The notes below the pieces were generated by a model. That model was not told the DNA's origin. It was given only the letters and a program-made list of their open reading frames with translations, and made no database searches. From Blastocladiella emersonii ATCC 22665 (Eukaryota > Fungi > Blastocladiomycota), in assembly GCA_025594325.1 (NCBI GenBank), contig JANHCV010000008.1, positions 124,001-188,000 on the forward strand: 64,000 bases of DNA, read 5' to 3'. Below, piece after piece: positions 10,783 to 23,034 of this stretch (the first letter of the stretch is position 1; every line of letters begins with the position of its first letter). The translations under genes and the position numbers were made by a program.

Positions 10783-12513
10783 ATGGCCGTCGTGAAGCCG
10801 GTTTCTTCCGAAGTAGGAGCTGCTTCCAACGTTGCTCCCGAAGTCGCGATCGAATTGTCGCCTGTCTCTGCATCGCTCGCGCCGGCCGCTAATCTCGGCC
10901 CTGTGTCTCACCCTGTATCAAGCCCGAACGACCTCACACAGCCCGCTACCGTCGAACCGGAGGCTGCTCCCGAACCTTCGCTCCAATTTGTGCCTGTAAT
11001 CGAGTCTGTCGCGTCGGCTACCGATCTGGACCATGCAGCTCGCATTGCACCATCCCCGGCGGCACTCGAACATTCTCCAAAACGCCGATTCTGGTCGCCA
11101 CCGCGTTCGATTCCGCTTTCCCCACCCCCAGAGCTTTCTATTTGTGATTTCAAACCAGACCCTTTCGCTTGTGATCTCGAGCCACTTGCATCTGCGCCAA
11201 ATTCGCCACGCCCAAGTCTCAAGATTGTCGATTTTGAAGAAGAGGAAACTGCGCCACTTACGTTGGATCATGCCGCTCAGTCATTGCTTCCGCTCTTGGC
11301 AGCGCAGCCAGCCTCAGACACGTTCTCTAATCCACTTACACTGGATCACACCGCTCAGTCATCGCTTCCCCCTGCTACAGCGGAGCCCGTCTCGAACGTG
11401 CCCTCTCATCCCGCACTTGCGTCCGACCAGGGAAATGTTGAGCCAGAGGCCTTGCTCGCTGCTTACGAGACCCTCGCGTCGCACGTGGAGGCGATCGTTG
11501 GCGGCGTCGAGTTCGACGACTTTGATTACACCGAAGGCGCTCCTGCCGCCGAATCAAGGGTCGACATTCTCGCGAGCGGGGTTGAGCCAGGTAAGCTCAC
11601 CCAAGCGCTCATCGATTCGCACGACCGCGTCCCGGCCACCAACTACCGTGCGTTCGCGATCACGCTGTCGCCCGATATGCCCGACGACGCTGCGCGTGCC
11701 GCGGTTCTTTCTGTTTTCGCTCATCCGCGCAGCGGCTGGGTCACGCTCTGGATCAAGTTTCACGTCGTCAAGCCCGCGTCGAATACCAACGACAAATTGC
11801 GTGGGATACTTGTCCACGCCGCCAAAGTTTTGACCGACTCGGACTCGGGTTTCGCGGACAGGTCCGGCCTCCCGCACGTCAAGGGGCTCTTCACTGACCG
11901 GCTCGCTTGGGTCGATCGTGCTTCGCTCGCCTGGCAGATTGATGATCCGAAATGCAAGGTTGCGGATATTCTGACCATCGCCACTCAGCATTACGGGTCG
12001 TCGAACAAATCGCACAAGGGGGGCAAGCACAAGTCGAGCCGCAAGTCGAAGTTCCCTGTTGCTCCTGCGCAACAATCGCCATGCACGAACCCCACTTTTT
12101 CGGCCGCCCCTCGCCCTTCCGACCCTCTGACGCTTCGTCGCCAGGCCGTCGGGTGCTCCTACTGTTCCACGGCTCCGGATAGCCATCCCATCGTTCCTCA
12201 CAGCGAGACCGAGTGTCCTCGACTCTTTGACGCGCCCGAAATCGGCGCCCAAGTGACCAAGGCCATCGCCGGCATGACGTATCCGGTCGCGGTCATGCTT
12301 CCGCAGTACGGCCAGGAAGAGATTGCGCTCGACGCTCTTGCGAGGCGGATGAGCGACGACTTTGCGTATCGACCGGTGCGCCCTGATCGCCGCCGCGCGC
12401 TCGTCGCGCTCAACGCGCTCTTCCGGATCCCGGACCTCAAAACGCGGCGCGACCGGATCCAGCGGATCCTCGCGTGGGCGCAGTACATGCAGTCGGGTCG
12501 CCCGGCGACCTAA
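10783..12513 (+). CDS. Gag-capsid-like family member, 576 aa, intact
   Basis: Core GVEPGKLTQAL..W..W..PHVKGLFTDRL; knuckle CSYC-x11-H-x4-C; Pro-rich N-terminal half. Confidence 0.7.
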   Translation: MAVVKPVSSEVGAASNVAPEVAIELSPVSASLAPAANLGPVSHPVSSPNDLTQPATVEPEAAPEPSLQFVPVIESVASATDLDHAARIAPSPAALEHSPKRRFWSPPRSIPLSPPPELSICDFKPDPFACDLEPLASAPNSPRPSLKIVDFEEEETAPLTLDHAAQSLLPLLAAQPASDTFSNPLTLDHTAQSSLPPATAEPVSNVPSHPALASDQGNVEPEALLAAYETLASHVEAIVGGVEFDDFDYTEGAPAAESRVDILASGVEPGKLTQALIDSHDRVPATNYRAFAITLSPDMPDDAARAAVLSVFAHPRSGWVTLWIKFHVVKPASNTNDKLRGILVHAAKVLTDSDSGFADRSGLPHVKGLFTDRLAWVDRASLAWQIDDPKCKVADILTIATQHYGSSNKSHKGGKHKSSRKSKFPVAPAQQSPCTNPTFSAAPRPSDPLTLRRQAVGCSYCSTAPDSHPIVPHSETECPRLFDAPEIGAQVTKAIAGMTYPVAVMLPQYGQEEIALDALARRMSDDFAYRPVRPDRRRALVALNALFRIPDLKTRRDRIQRILAWAQYMQSGRPAT

Positions 12514-12646
12514 GTCTTCGTGGATACGACGTGGCGACGCGACGGTCAACGTCACTTGACGCGTCGCGAAGGCAAGGTCGAGCTTCTCCTCTTCACCCCT
12601 ACGTCTCCCATGTAATTTCTCACGAACAGTCAATGCAAAAATATCG

Positions 12647-14431
12647 TTGAACAAGTTGTCGACAGCAGGACAGACGCGTGCTCTGAAGCGGCGCACTGCC
12701 GGCCGCGAGCAAGGGAACTGTCGCGAGACAGCCACGCGTCTATCACGTGACGTTTCCGAGACACGCCGAGCCGCGCGTCTCGCCTCTCGCGCTGTCGAGA
12801 TCCGATCAAAAACCTCCACCTATGCAGACGCCCTTGAGGCATGGAACTCGATGCATACACTTCTTGCACTATCTGAGCCGCCCGACACGGGGCGCGTTCC
12901 CACGCGCACAGAGACTGTCGCTCCGCCGTCGGCTGCGGAGAGCCGCAGCGCGCGGGAACGGACCGCGCTCGTCGACACCGTGAATCACCGGCTCAACCTG
13001 GTCCACTCGATTCTCAACCAGCGACTTTGCGCCTCGGGATTGGACCACCATGCACGCGGCATGGAGTCGACGCGCGCGCTCTGGGACGCGGAACGGGCAC
13101 TTGAACACGTCCGCGCGGGCGCACCTCCATCCGATCCTACGCTGCCTGATTGGTTCCTCTTCCCCAATAGAGACCGTCACGATCAGTCAATGCTGCGCGG
13201 CGCGCGCGACGGCGCACTTGAGCAACCAGCCGTTGACGCTAGGCTCGCAGCAGTCGTCGAGGCGGCCGACTTTCAGCTCAAATCGGTCCAGCCGCTTGAC
13301 GTCGACGCGCGCGTGCAGGTCGAGCACATGCTCACTGCCCTTGTAAACGGTGGCGTTCCGCCCGGCCGGCTCGCTGACGCCGCGCTCCTGACGCGGCCAC
13401 GCCTCGCAAACGACATGTACCGCGTCATTTCGATTACATTGCGCCCAGGCATGCCTGATGCGGATGTGCGCGAAGCAGTCCTCGCCGTGTTCCACTCGCC
13501 ACAACCAACGTGGCTCCTCCCGTGGCTCACTTTCCGTGTCACCCCTCACATGAGCGGGGCTACCGTGCTTGGTATGGCGCGGTTGATCCTGCGCGACGCG
13601 AACGGGTGGATTGAGGACTGCGAGCGGCTCACGCATATCAAGAAACTGTTCGCGGAGCGGTTCGACGGCTTGGATCTCAGTCAAGTTTGGAAATACGTGG
13701 CCGACTCGAGACGGACGGTCGAGGACGTAATCACGGCGTGCTTCCTCATCGCCGAGCGGAATACCGAGACCGCGTCGCGTCACGTAGCCGGGCCCGTCGC
13801 AGATCTCGGATCGAGACCCGAAGCAGAGCAGCAACGCCGAATCTCGACGTCGTTGCCAGCCGCAGCTACGTCGCCGCCGCCGCCCGCCCCGCATGTGGAC
13901 GAACGGAAATCGCTTCGTGACGCGTCGGGTCACATCTTGCACCAGCGCAAGTCGCCTATCCCAGGTCTCACATGCGTCTACTGCATCGCTTACTTGACCG
14001 TGTCACCGCCTTGCGGCTCGCGTAATCGCTTTGTCGCACACGACGAGAACAGCTGCAAGCGGATTGTCAACCCACAAAACGTCGCCATTCTCGTCTACCT
14101 GGCGATGCGCTCGTTGCCCGTGAGCCAGCAGATCCGGATCGCCACTCCGTCCATTGACCAACATTCGGTGATCATCAATAAGCGGTTTACGGATATCGAG
14201 CTCTCCCTCGCGGACGCGCGCGCATGCGCATCGCGCGTGGGGGCGCTCGGACACGCTGCGGTGGCCGCAATTAATCGGCTCAAGCAGAAATCGCGCACCA
14301 ATATCGCAATGGGGGTGATGGTCATTCTCGCGGGCATGCAGCAGGCGCCCGCGCATGTGACGAACGAGGAGGCGACCAGATTGGGCGTGGAGCGGTTCAA
14401 GGAGTTCAAGGCGAAGAGCCGGCGACTCTGA
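12647..14431 (+). CDS. Gag-capsid-like family member, up to 594 aa, intact
   Basis: Core GVPPGRLADAAL..WLLPW..THIKKLFAERF; knuckle CVYC-x18-H-x4-C; true start uncertain. Confidence 0.7.
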   Translation: MNKLSTAGQTRALKRRTAGREQGNCRETATRLSRDVSETRRAARLASRAVEIRSKTSTYADALEAWNSMHTLLALSEPPDTGRVPTRTETVAPPSAAESRSARERTALVDTVNHRLNLVHSILNQRLCASGLDHHARGMESTRALWDAERALEHVRAGAPPSDPTLPDWFLFPNRDRHDQSMLRGARDGALEQPAVDARLAAVVEAADFQLKSVQPLDVDARVQVEHMLTALVNGGVPPGRLADAALLTRPRLANDMYRVISITLRPGMPDADVREAVLAVFHSPQPTWLLPWLTFRVTPHMSGATVLGMARLILRDANGWIEDCERLTHIKKLFAERFDGLDLSQVWKYVADSRRTVEDVITACFLIAERNTETASRHVAGPVADLGSRPEAEQQRRISTSLPAAATSPPPPAPHVDERKSLRDASGHILHQRKSPIPGLTCVYCIAYLTVSPPCGSRNRFVAHDENSCKRIVNPQNVAILVYLAMRSLPVSQQIRIATPSIDQHSVIINKRFTDIELSLADARACASRVGALGHAAVAAINRLKQKSRTNIAMGVMVILAGMQQAPAHVTNEEATRLGVERFKEFKAKSRRL

Positions 14432-14452
14432 GTATGGCATTTGTATACACGC

Positions 14453-15191
14453 TCATCGTTTCTCTCGCTGACCGCGCGCGGGTGGTTTGGGGGACGAGAA
14501 TCGTCGGTTCGTGTCGCGCGCTCCGAGCTTGATGCCCTCCAAGACCATGTCCACAGCGCGGGGCCACGGACACGTGCTGCTGGGCTGGACGAGGACGAAA
14601 ACGAAGTTGGACGAGGCGGGGTCGCCAAAGCAAATGGGCAACGACGAGGTGGAGGATCGGGACGTGCTCTCGAGGAAGAGCGACGGTTGCAATACAATCG
14701 ATCGACAGCCCTTGTTGAGCGTGCAGCCTTGGTCGCCGTGCTGCGCGGCAAGCTTGCTATCGAGTAGCGGAAGCAGGCCGACCTGGAGGAAGAAGAGCTT
14801 GACGCGCGCGACGCATTCTCCTTGACCACCGTGTTGATGCGATGCTCAAGAAGCGGATGGTCGTCGTCGGACTGCCGACCACCGTTTCGACTCGATGCAC
14901 AATGAACCGGGTGTCATCTCTACTAGTCCTGCGCAGCGAGAGAGCAAGGCGTGAGTGATCGCTCATTGGCTCATGAGGTCAGGGGTTGTGGCGGCCGAAC
15001 TTGATCGTACCGCGTGGTGCGCCGTGAAAGCGCACGTTCTGCACCACCGCCACAATCGAGTACTTGGCCACGGCAAAGTCGAGGTCGGCGAGGAAGAGAG
15101 CGCGATCCTTGGTCTTGCCCCTCCGAGCCGCAACACGCCACCGAACCAATATACTGTCACCGTTCACGTTTGCTTCGAACAATTTGGTCAT
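14453..15191 (-). CDS. Possible spliced or degenerate gene of unknown function
   Basis: Protein-like segments MTKLFEANV..GRHNP and LLEHRINTVVK..EKR in different frames; no recognisable motif. Confidence 0.2.
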
Positions 15192-15398
15192 TGAAAACTT
15201 GCGAGTAAACCAGCTGGCCACACAGATGCGTGCGGTGATGCGTCGGCAAGCGTCGCTAAAGGTCGCGATGGGCCACATCACGTGTGGCTCCGTCCCACGC
15301 TCGCGAACGCGTTTCACATTTCGAACGCGTCGCTCGCAACACATTCTGCCCTTTTCAATGAACCCTGCCATGAAAATCTGAGCTAGACTCCTTGCATT

Positions 15399-17149
15399 AT
15401 GCCGACTGGATTACTGCCAAGCGAGGGTTTGGAGCAAATCGGCATCGCGGAACCAAAAATCGCCGTCGAGGAGGCCGCCTTCTACCCCGTTTTGGAACAT
15501 CGCGTACCGCTCGAGCGGTTCCCGGCGACGATGCAACTCGATTCCGGTGCTTCTCATCATGCGATCGCGGGGCTTGACATGCTCGCGACCCGGGTCGGCA
15601 CGGATCACGCAACCGTCCCGGCTTCTTCTGCCCATGATGCAGCCGAGCTCCAAAGTCCAGTCAATCAATCAATCAAGCGCAGGCTCTCCATGTTCCGCTC
15701 AACCTACTTTCTCGCGCATCTCCGTCGAAAACAACGTGTTGGCTGCAACGGTCTCGCACGCTTCTGGGACGGCAACTCGCCCGTCAACCTCGGACCAATC
15801 CGACACGCCGCCACTGGACCGCGTTCACTCCACCACTCGGCCTGCTTCTCAGGCGTCCCTGCCCGAGCCCGATCTGGGAGGAATTATAAGCCGTGTCCAG
15901 TTCACCTTCCGTGTCGGTGACCTTGAGAAAATTGATGCGGTTGCCTCATCAATGGGCGAATATCGCCATGCTCTTCGCGCCGCCGGTTTTCCACCCGGTT
16001 CCCTTGCCGCCGTAATAATCAAATCGCAGGGCAAGGTCCCGCCCACCATTTACCGAGCCTATGCTATCGCACTCACTCCCGGAATGGCCGACTCCAAGGC
16101 CCGCTTAATTGTAAGCACTGTTTTCCGTGTACATCGCCCCGAGTGGTGCAAGAAATGGACCTCGTACCGCATCCGGCCAGAAAGATCCCGTGAGTGGCCG
16201 CTCACCGTGGAAGGACTTATCGATTCCGTTGCGCATGTTGTGCGCGGACCTCTTGGGAAACGCCCCGACCGAATTTATCATACGCACATCAAATCGCTCA
16301 TCGTCGATCGGCTGTGGTGCATTGAGGGTGCGGCGCTTCGCGAGTACATTGACAACGACAGCTGCTCGCTTGAACGCGTGCTCCGGTTGGCGCACAGGCT
16401 TTACCTGTCGACGGTATTCCGCGGTTCCGGCGAAGACGCTGCGTCCATCGATACTGCTGATTTGAGCGACGCCGCCTTGCTTGCTCAGAACATGGGGTGC
16501 GCCCACTGCCGCTTTCTCGTCTCGGAATCTCCATCGCTCGCGCTCGGCAACTCTAAGCATCGAGCCGCACACGGAGCCGAATTGTACGCGACTACTCCAA
16601 GTCCGAGATCTCGCAAATCAGGTGTGTTCCGCCCTTGATGGCCACTCGCTGCTTCATTCTATCAAGGAGCCATTGGAGGCCGACAAGGAAGCGAAGCTCG
16701 TCAAACATCTTGGACGAGTAATCCAGTTGCTGGGCTCGGTTCGGACTCGAGAAATTGCTGCAGGGGGCTCCGGGCTTGAGGCCTTGCAGGCGCGCGTTGC
16801 GCTTCGGGCTATGCTCCAGATCTCCTCCTGCTACGACCGCCGGCTCATCCTTTACAAGCTACTCGAAGCGATCTACTGCGAGAAGCAGCGTTTGACTCCC
16901 AAGGAGGACCGCCGCGCTCTGCTGGCGCGTCCCATGAATCGGTCGCAGCGTCGGGTCCTCCTAAGAGACGGCGTAATCGAATGTATTTGGCCCTCGGGGA
17001 AGACTTTGCAGAGCAAGCATCCTGGCCTACCTTTCAGATCCGCTTCCGGTTCAATACAAATCAAGATCCCGATGGTTTTCTTGGAGGACGCGTTGCACCA
17101 CAAACGTGACCGCGGGCCAATCAGTGGCTCGAGGTGGCGCAGCCAGTGA
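15399..17149 (+). pseudogene. Frameshifted Gag-capsid-like family member
   Basis: Core GFPPGSLAAVII..THIKSLIVDRL in 15547-16638; CAHC there and PHTEPNC in the overlapping frame 16481-17149, implying a frameshift near 16555. Confidence 0.6.
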
Positions 17150-17284
17150 GTGATGTCGCTCACTTTCGGCCATGCACGCACGCCTTGACCTTCTGCCGCG
17201 CTGTTCCTACGCTCTGCGCTGCTCACTCTCGCTCATGTAAATTCGTATCCAAGTGCGACTTGATGCACTGAGTGTTACAGCAAA

Positions 17285-17992
17285 ATGCTCACGCCCGACC
17301 AGTTCAAGGAGAGGTTGGCGACGTTTGACGTCGCCGCGGTCGTTCCCGAGCACGAGCTCGCACCGTGGCGCGACCTCGCCGAGTCGTGCCCGGACAAGGT
17401 CAACATGTACTACCTCGCCCTTCACCTGTGCGCCGAGCAGTCGTGGCACCGCCAGCTTGCGGAGGAGCGCATTCGGTTGCTCGAACCCAAGGCGCAGCGA
17501 CTTGAGGAGCAGGCGAACATGCTCGCCGCGGAACTCGCCTATAATCGCACCCTGGAACCGGTGGTGGGAGCTGACGGCTTCACCGCAGCCGCGACGCATG
17601 CGCTCAACCGCATGCAAATTGTTGACGGTGTCAACTATCACGTCGATTCCGCTCTCGCTTTGTACAATGTTATCCTCGAGCTCGCACCAAACGCGCAAAC
17701 CCGGTTCAAGATTGCGCATTTCCACGGTCGCCTCATCGGCGCGGCACTCGATGCAGTTAGTCCGGCCATGAACGGACGCGGGTTCCATGACTTTGAATCG
17801 TTCGAGGAGTACGCGCAGCTGGTCAGATCGATACAGCCGACCAGACACATCGAGGTTGCGGCTCGGAACACAGGAGGTGAGCCAAGTCTCGAGAAGAGTT
17901 CACGCGACTGCGCTCAAGCTGTTGCCGCGACAGAGGTCCGGGCCGCGGGGACGAGTCGTTCTCGGTCACGGAAATGGAGGCAAAAGCGCTGA
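17285..17992 (+). CDS. Solo Ty3/gypsy Gag (capsid) homologue of the Gag at 61918-62994, no knuckle, no pol
   Basis: MLTPDQFKERLATFDVAAVVPEHELAPWRDL vs MITPAQFLEKLATFDVAAIVPEYQLAPWRDL; GADGFTAAATHALNRMQIVDGVNY vs GVDGFTPAAMHALMRMNSVDGVNF; FKIAHFHGRL vs FKIAHFHGKL. Confidence 0.85.
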   Translation: MLTPDQFKERLATFDVAAVVPEHELAPWRDLAESCPDKVNMYYLALHLCAEQSWHRQLAEERIRLLEPKAQRLEEQANMLAAELAYNRTLEPVVGADGFTAAATHALNRMQIVDGVNYHVDSALALYNVILELAPNAQTRFKIAHFHGRLIGAALDAVSPAMNGRGFHDFESFEEYAQLVRSIQPTRHIEVAARNTGGEPSLEKSSRDCAQAVAATEVRAAGTSRSRSRKWRQKR

Positions 17993-18450
17993 GCCTACTT
18001 TCGCCCGGTGGTTCACGGCCGGGCCGGGTCGCAGGACGCGCTGCGCCACAGCGGGACCTCACGTGGCGAACGTCGGCCACAAACGGCAAGTCGCTCGCCG
18101 ACATTCACGGACAACGGGCATGCCCATCATATAACTCGTGTACCCGCGCAACTTTATGCAATTCAGACCGTTGATCGCGTGCGACTCGTGGCGCCGCCAG
18201 TCACACGCGCAGCGCATGTCGGAGGATGTGATCGACATGCAGCTGCAGCTCGTTTAGGACGGCGCGGTCGGCGAGTCGAACGGGGAAATCGAGGAAACGT
18301 GCGGGCGAGCAGATAGAGTGCGACGAGCAGACCGAATTCGACGCACCAAAGCTTCGTCGACTTTTGCTCGCGCTCCCGCTCTCCCGCTCTCCCCCGCCCT
18401 ACGTCGATCGCAGCTGCTAGATCGCTAGACACTCCCCGCATTCGCACACC

Positions 18451-19660
18451 ATGCAGCTCACGACCCTCATTGCGACCCTCGCACTTCTCCTCGCCACAGT
18501 CGCCCCGCCGCCGTCGCACGCGCTGCCGAACCACGCGGTGCGCGCGCCCGTGTCGCTCAAGGACCGGTACATCATCACGCTTAAGGGCGACGCCGACTTC
18601 AAGACCTTCTCGCGCACGATCCGCGCCGAGGTCGCCGCAGAGAACTCGAACGGCGGCGGCAACGGCAACGGCGTCGTGTCCAAGATCGAGCACGAGTTCG
18701 AGGTCACCCCGAACTTCTAGGGCTTCGCCGGCACCTTCGCGCCCGGCCTCCTCAAGCGGCTGCAGGCCAACGGCAACGTCGACGCCGTCGAGCCCGACGC
18801 CACCGTGTACGCCATGGCGACGACGCAGTCTCCCGCGGGCTCGTGGGGGCTCACGCGCATCGGTCAGCGCGGCCTCAACGTCGCCGCGGGGTACACTTAC
18901 CCGGACTCGGCCGGCGCGGGCGTCACGGCGTACGTGATCGACACGGGCGTGCTCGTCTCGCACCCGGAGCTCGAGGGCCGCGCCACGTTCGGGTTCAAGG
19001 CCGACGCGTCGTGGTCCGACACGGACGCGAACGGGCACGGGACGCATGTCGCGGGGACCATCGCGTCCAAGACGTACGGCGTGGCCAAGCTCACCAAGAT
19101 CGTGGCGGTCAAGGTTTTGGGGGACACGGGCAGCGGGACCAACTCGGGCGTGATCGCGGGCATCAACTGGGTCGCGGCGCAGGCCAAGGCCGCGGGCAAG
19201 ACGGCCGTGGCCAACATGTCGCTCGGTGGGGGCAAATCGGCCGCCGTGAACGCGGCCATCAAGTCGCTCGTCGCGGCGGGCGTCGTGACCGTCGTGGCCG
19301 CGGGCAACGAGGCGCAGGACGCGTGCAACGTGTCGCCGGCGTCCGAGCCGTCCGCCGTGACGGTCGCGTCGTAGACCAACACGGACGCGCTGTCGTCCTT
19401 CTCCAACTACGGCAGCAAGTGCGTCGACATCATCGCGCCCGGGTCGGCCATCACGTCGCTGTGGAACAAAGGCGGCACCAATACCATCTCGGGCACGTCC
19501 ACGGCGTCGCCGCACGTTGCGGGCGCCGCGAGCCTGATCCTCGGCGCCAACCCGACGCTGTCCGCGGCGCAGGTCGTGTCCAAGCTGCTCGCCAACGCCA
19601 CGCCCAACAAGATCACCAACGTCAAGGGCACCCCGAACAAGCTCGTCTACGTCAACTAGA
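18451..19660 (+). pseudogene. Secreted S8 subtilisin (proteinase K-like) with I9 propeptide, two in-frame TAG stops
   Basis: Signal peptide, I9 prodomain, [19 protein letters not shown](T)ASPHVAG; TAG at 18718-18720 and 19372-19374; ends TPNKLVYVN-TAG. Confidence 0.85.
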
Positions 19661-20843
19661 CGGCGCTGGTTGTCCTTCTCGATACCAGACGGCGTGCTGG
19701 GCATGCATCCTCACTTCCGTTTTGCGCAATCCTTCCTCACCTTCCAATGATCATGGCGTTCGATTGCACTTGAAGCTCGACGCCTCAGCTGAGCACGTCC
19801 TCGGCCTACTCTGCGCGTTGGATGCTTGTGCACATGTGCCGCGTTCATGCGGCGCAACGCGAAGAGTGGCGCAGCGGGCGGCCCACCACTCTCTCTCCCT
19901 CTCCCCCAAACATCGTTCTCCCTTCGTCCAACTTCGCTTGGCCGCACGTGAACTCGATGCAAACCAATGGAACAGCTTGAACTAGTCGAACCAAGTCAGG
20001 GATACATCCAGCACCAGCCGTCATGGCGCTACTCGTACTCCCGCCAGCGCCGAGCACGAACGGGCTGAGTGAACCGTCACATCACACTCTTGCGCTTCAC
20101 TTTGCCCAGTCTTACGGCGGCGAGGCGGCCTACGATGAAGCCAAGGATGTACAGCTCGCCACGGTCCCCGGAAAGTGCATCGCGTGGTTCAACACGCCGC
20201 CGCCTTCTACCGCTCCTGGCGAGCCTGTCCTCTCGCCACCTGCTGCGTTTCCCGTCCCGGTCACACCGCAGCAGCGCGGGTCATTGGCCGTCCCGGGACC
20301 GTGTCATAGTGTCAATCTACTTTGCTCGTCGTCTTCCAAACGCCGCGCTGGACCCGCTAATCTCGTGAGCCCATCCGACGGGCGAGTCGCCGCCGATCTG
20401 GTCGCCGTCCCGCGGGCGCAGCACCTAGTTTCAGTCACAAGCCTTGGACCCCGCAGAGCGCAGGAGCCTTAGCCCCGCGCGTGTCGTATCGGCCGCGGAA
20501 AACGCTGATGACGACCGCCGTCGCGACCGCGACCGGCCTGACCTTTTGCCAGTCGAAAGCTTCGGCGGTGCGCATGACCTCGGCGCGACCAGTCGATTCG
20601 CCTCAGCTTTCGAATCCCGTGGCCGCAGATAAGGTCGACAAACACGCTTTAGTGCGCGATTCATCGCATCGCCGCACCGCCCATGGCGTCACTTCGGCGA
20701 ACGTGCCCGCGCGCGCATACCTGGCTGCCTCCGCTGCTCGCGACGCGTCGCCGGTCCAGCTCTCACGCGTCGTTTGCGACGAGGCCACGTCGCCACCGAG
20801 TCCGCTCTCACTTTCGCCACGCGTTCCGCCGCCGCTCGAGGCG

Positions 20844-22278
20844 ATGTGGATCCCCCACGACCAGGCGGGTCGCGATAACAACGAAACCCAAGGCGATGCC
20901 ACCGCAGCGCGCGACAGTGAGCCGCGACCGGTCCTGCTTCGCCCGCACGTGTACATGCTCCTTGGCATGACGAACCTGGTCGCCGGCACCACCGAGCCGC
21001 CACAGCAGCTCAACGGCGCCGACATCCTCTCGCGCATCCCCAAACTGCTCGACGACCCGGCTCTGTTCCGCGCCTTCATCGGCCGCATCGCGGCGACCGG
21101 CATGCACGACTTTGACGCCCTCGCCCGCGCCGTCAGCGCGTCGTGGACCGCCTCGCAGTACCGCAAGTGGGCGGTGCAGCTCGCGAGGGTCCGTCGAGCG
21201 GCCGTTCCGCAACGTCGCTCGTGGTCGAGATGAACGAGCTCGTCCAGATCGTCATTTTCTTCGCCTGCGTCGCCGACTACCTCAAGCAGGCGCTCGGCTG
21301 CCGCCGCGTGTGCGTGCACGCCGACGCGACCAAGGTCGAGATCCAAACGGTCCACAAGTCGCTCATCGCGCACGCGCGCAAGTGGTACCGCGAGACGGTG
21401 CTCAAGGGCGTCCCACATCCCGCATGGCTCGCCGAGACCGCCACCGGGGTACGACGAGCGGTACTGGCTTCGATCCACCGCGTACGTGACCGTGTCGCCG
21501 CTGCTCATGTACATACATGCGGCTCGAGCCCAACGCGATCCGCACGCGGCCGGAGCAGGGGCAGAGGAACCCTACATCCGAGTACCGCGCGGTGCGCCAG
21601 GCCCTGCGTGTCGCGTCGGACGAGTACAATGGCGGCGACCCGCTCGCCGCGCACGTCATAAGCCCGTCGGCCGTCGCCGACACGTACAGCCGCGCGATCC
21701 CGATTCTCGGTCTCCGCGCGCCCGCCGTGCGCGACACGATGGGTCGACGCCGTGCTCGAGATGATTGACGTCGCGCCCTTCGAGCCGCTCTAGATCGTGC
21801 TCGGCATCGCGCTCGTGTCATGCGTCTCGCCGGCGCACCTCAAGTGCTCGCAGCCCAGGAAGCCCAAGGACTCGGTCGTCGTCTTTCTCTACGCGACGGC
21901 ACGTTGTGCTGCTCGACTTGCGTCTGGTTCGCGAGAGGGTGACTCAATCGATCGCTTCCTCGTCCCTTAGCCGAGTCCCGCCCGTCCATCGTCCACGAAG
22001 TGCTCGACCGCCTCACCGAGGGCGCGCATCTTGCTTCCACCGCGCCCGCGCGCAAGCGCAGTCGACGCGCGAGCGACGAGGACGCGGGCGCCGCGGAGAT
22101 CGCCAGGTACGCCGCTGGCTCGACCCCGCACGACGTGGTGCGCGAGCGGGCGGCAGCCGCCGTCAAGCTCGCCGACCTCAAGGCGGCAGTCACGGCGATC
22201 CCCGCCGAGCAAGGACCGCGGGGCTGGGACGAGTTTTACGCCAAGGTTCATCTCATTGGCGACTCGCCGTGGGCTTGA
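20844..22278 (+). CDS. Probable multi-exon or disrupted host gene, unknown function
   Basis: Protein-like, GC3-rich segments in successive frames (20481-21233, 21143-21661, 21517-21768, 22000-22278); exon structure unresolved. Confidence 0.3.
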
Positions 22279-23034
22279 GCTGGATCGGTGTGCTTAATGC
22301 CGTGTCGTGGATGCATATTTTAGTTGTACCCTCACCCACACTTGTTTTGGTCCGAGTAATAATGAGCTGCGCGTCCACCATGTTGAGTGCGCGCAGACGA
22401 GCGCCTGACGCAAGGGCGAGAAATCCGCACAGCGCCATGCGCGGCCCAACACGTCGCTGTCTCGCGAGCGAGACAAACGCATGGCCCGCGTGTGTCTTCC
22501 GCAGGTGATGCACTCAGCCCGACGCGTCGTTCATCTTTGCTCGCGCGTTTCACCCCCTAAACGGTGGCTTTCTGGCGATGAAAATGAAAAGAGAGGGACG
22601 GAGCAAGCAAAAGGTGCCGCCCCCAGCCGGAGCCCGTCGGCGCGAATTTGACTAGGTTTCAAAGGTATCGAACGCGATCAGTCTAGACTGCTCAAGCTTC
22701 GTCGACGGGTTGTCCGACCGATATACGGGGCGGCTGACAACCTTCGCTTGCTTCAACCCAGGTATTAGTACGCGCGCACACGCGTGAGGAACTGCGATCG
22801 CCATGTGCTGGCCCTTGGGACGCTTCGACGCACTTGGCTTGAGCTACGGCCATCGTCAGATTCGCGGTCTGCGCGCGCAGGTAGATTATGACGCGTCCAG
22901 CGTTTCGCGACCTCCAAGAATTATCATCGACTGTTCTGAGATGCGATGCGACACGATCACGATGAAAGGCTGCACAGGACCAGACGCGATCGAGAGTGTT
23001 AAAGAAGAAAAATGGTACATTCTTCATCGTCACA

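Noticed and set aside
18718-19374. Genome-wide TAG reassignment suggested by the subtilisin stops
   Set aside because: TAG is the natural terminator of the same gene, of chs and of element B pol, and no other conserved gene has internal TAG
18163-19704. 513-aa minus-strand ORF
   Set aside because: Antisense shadow of the GC3-rich subtilisin; no motifs
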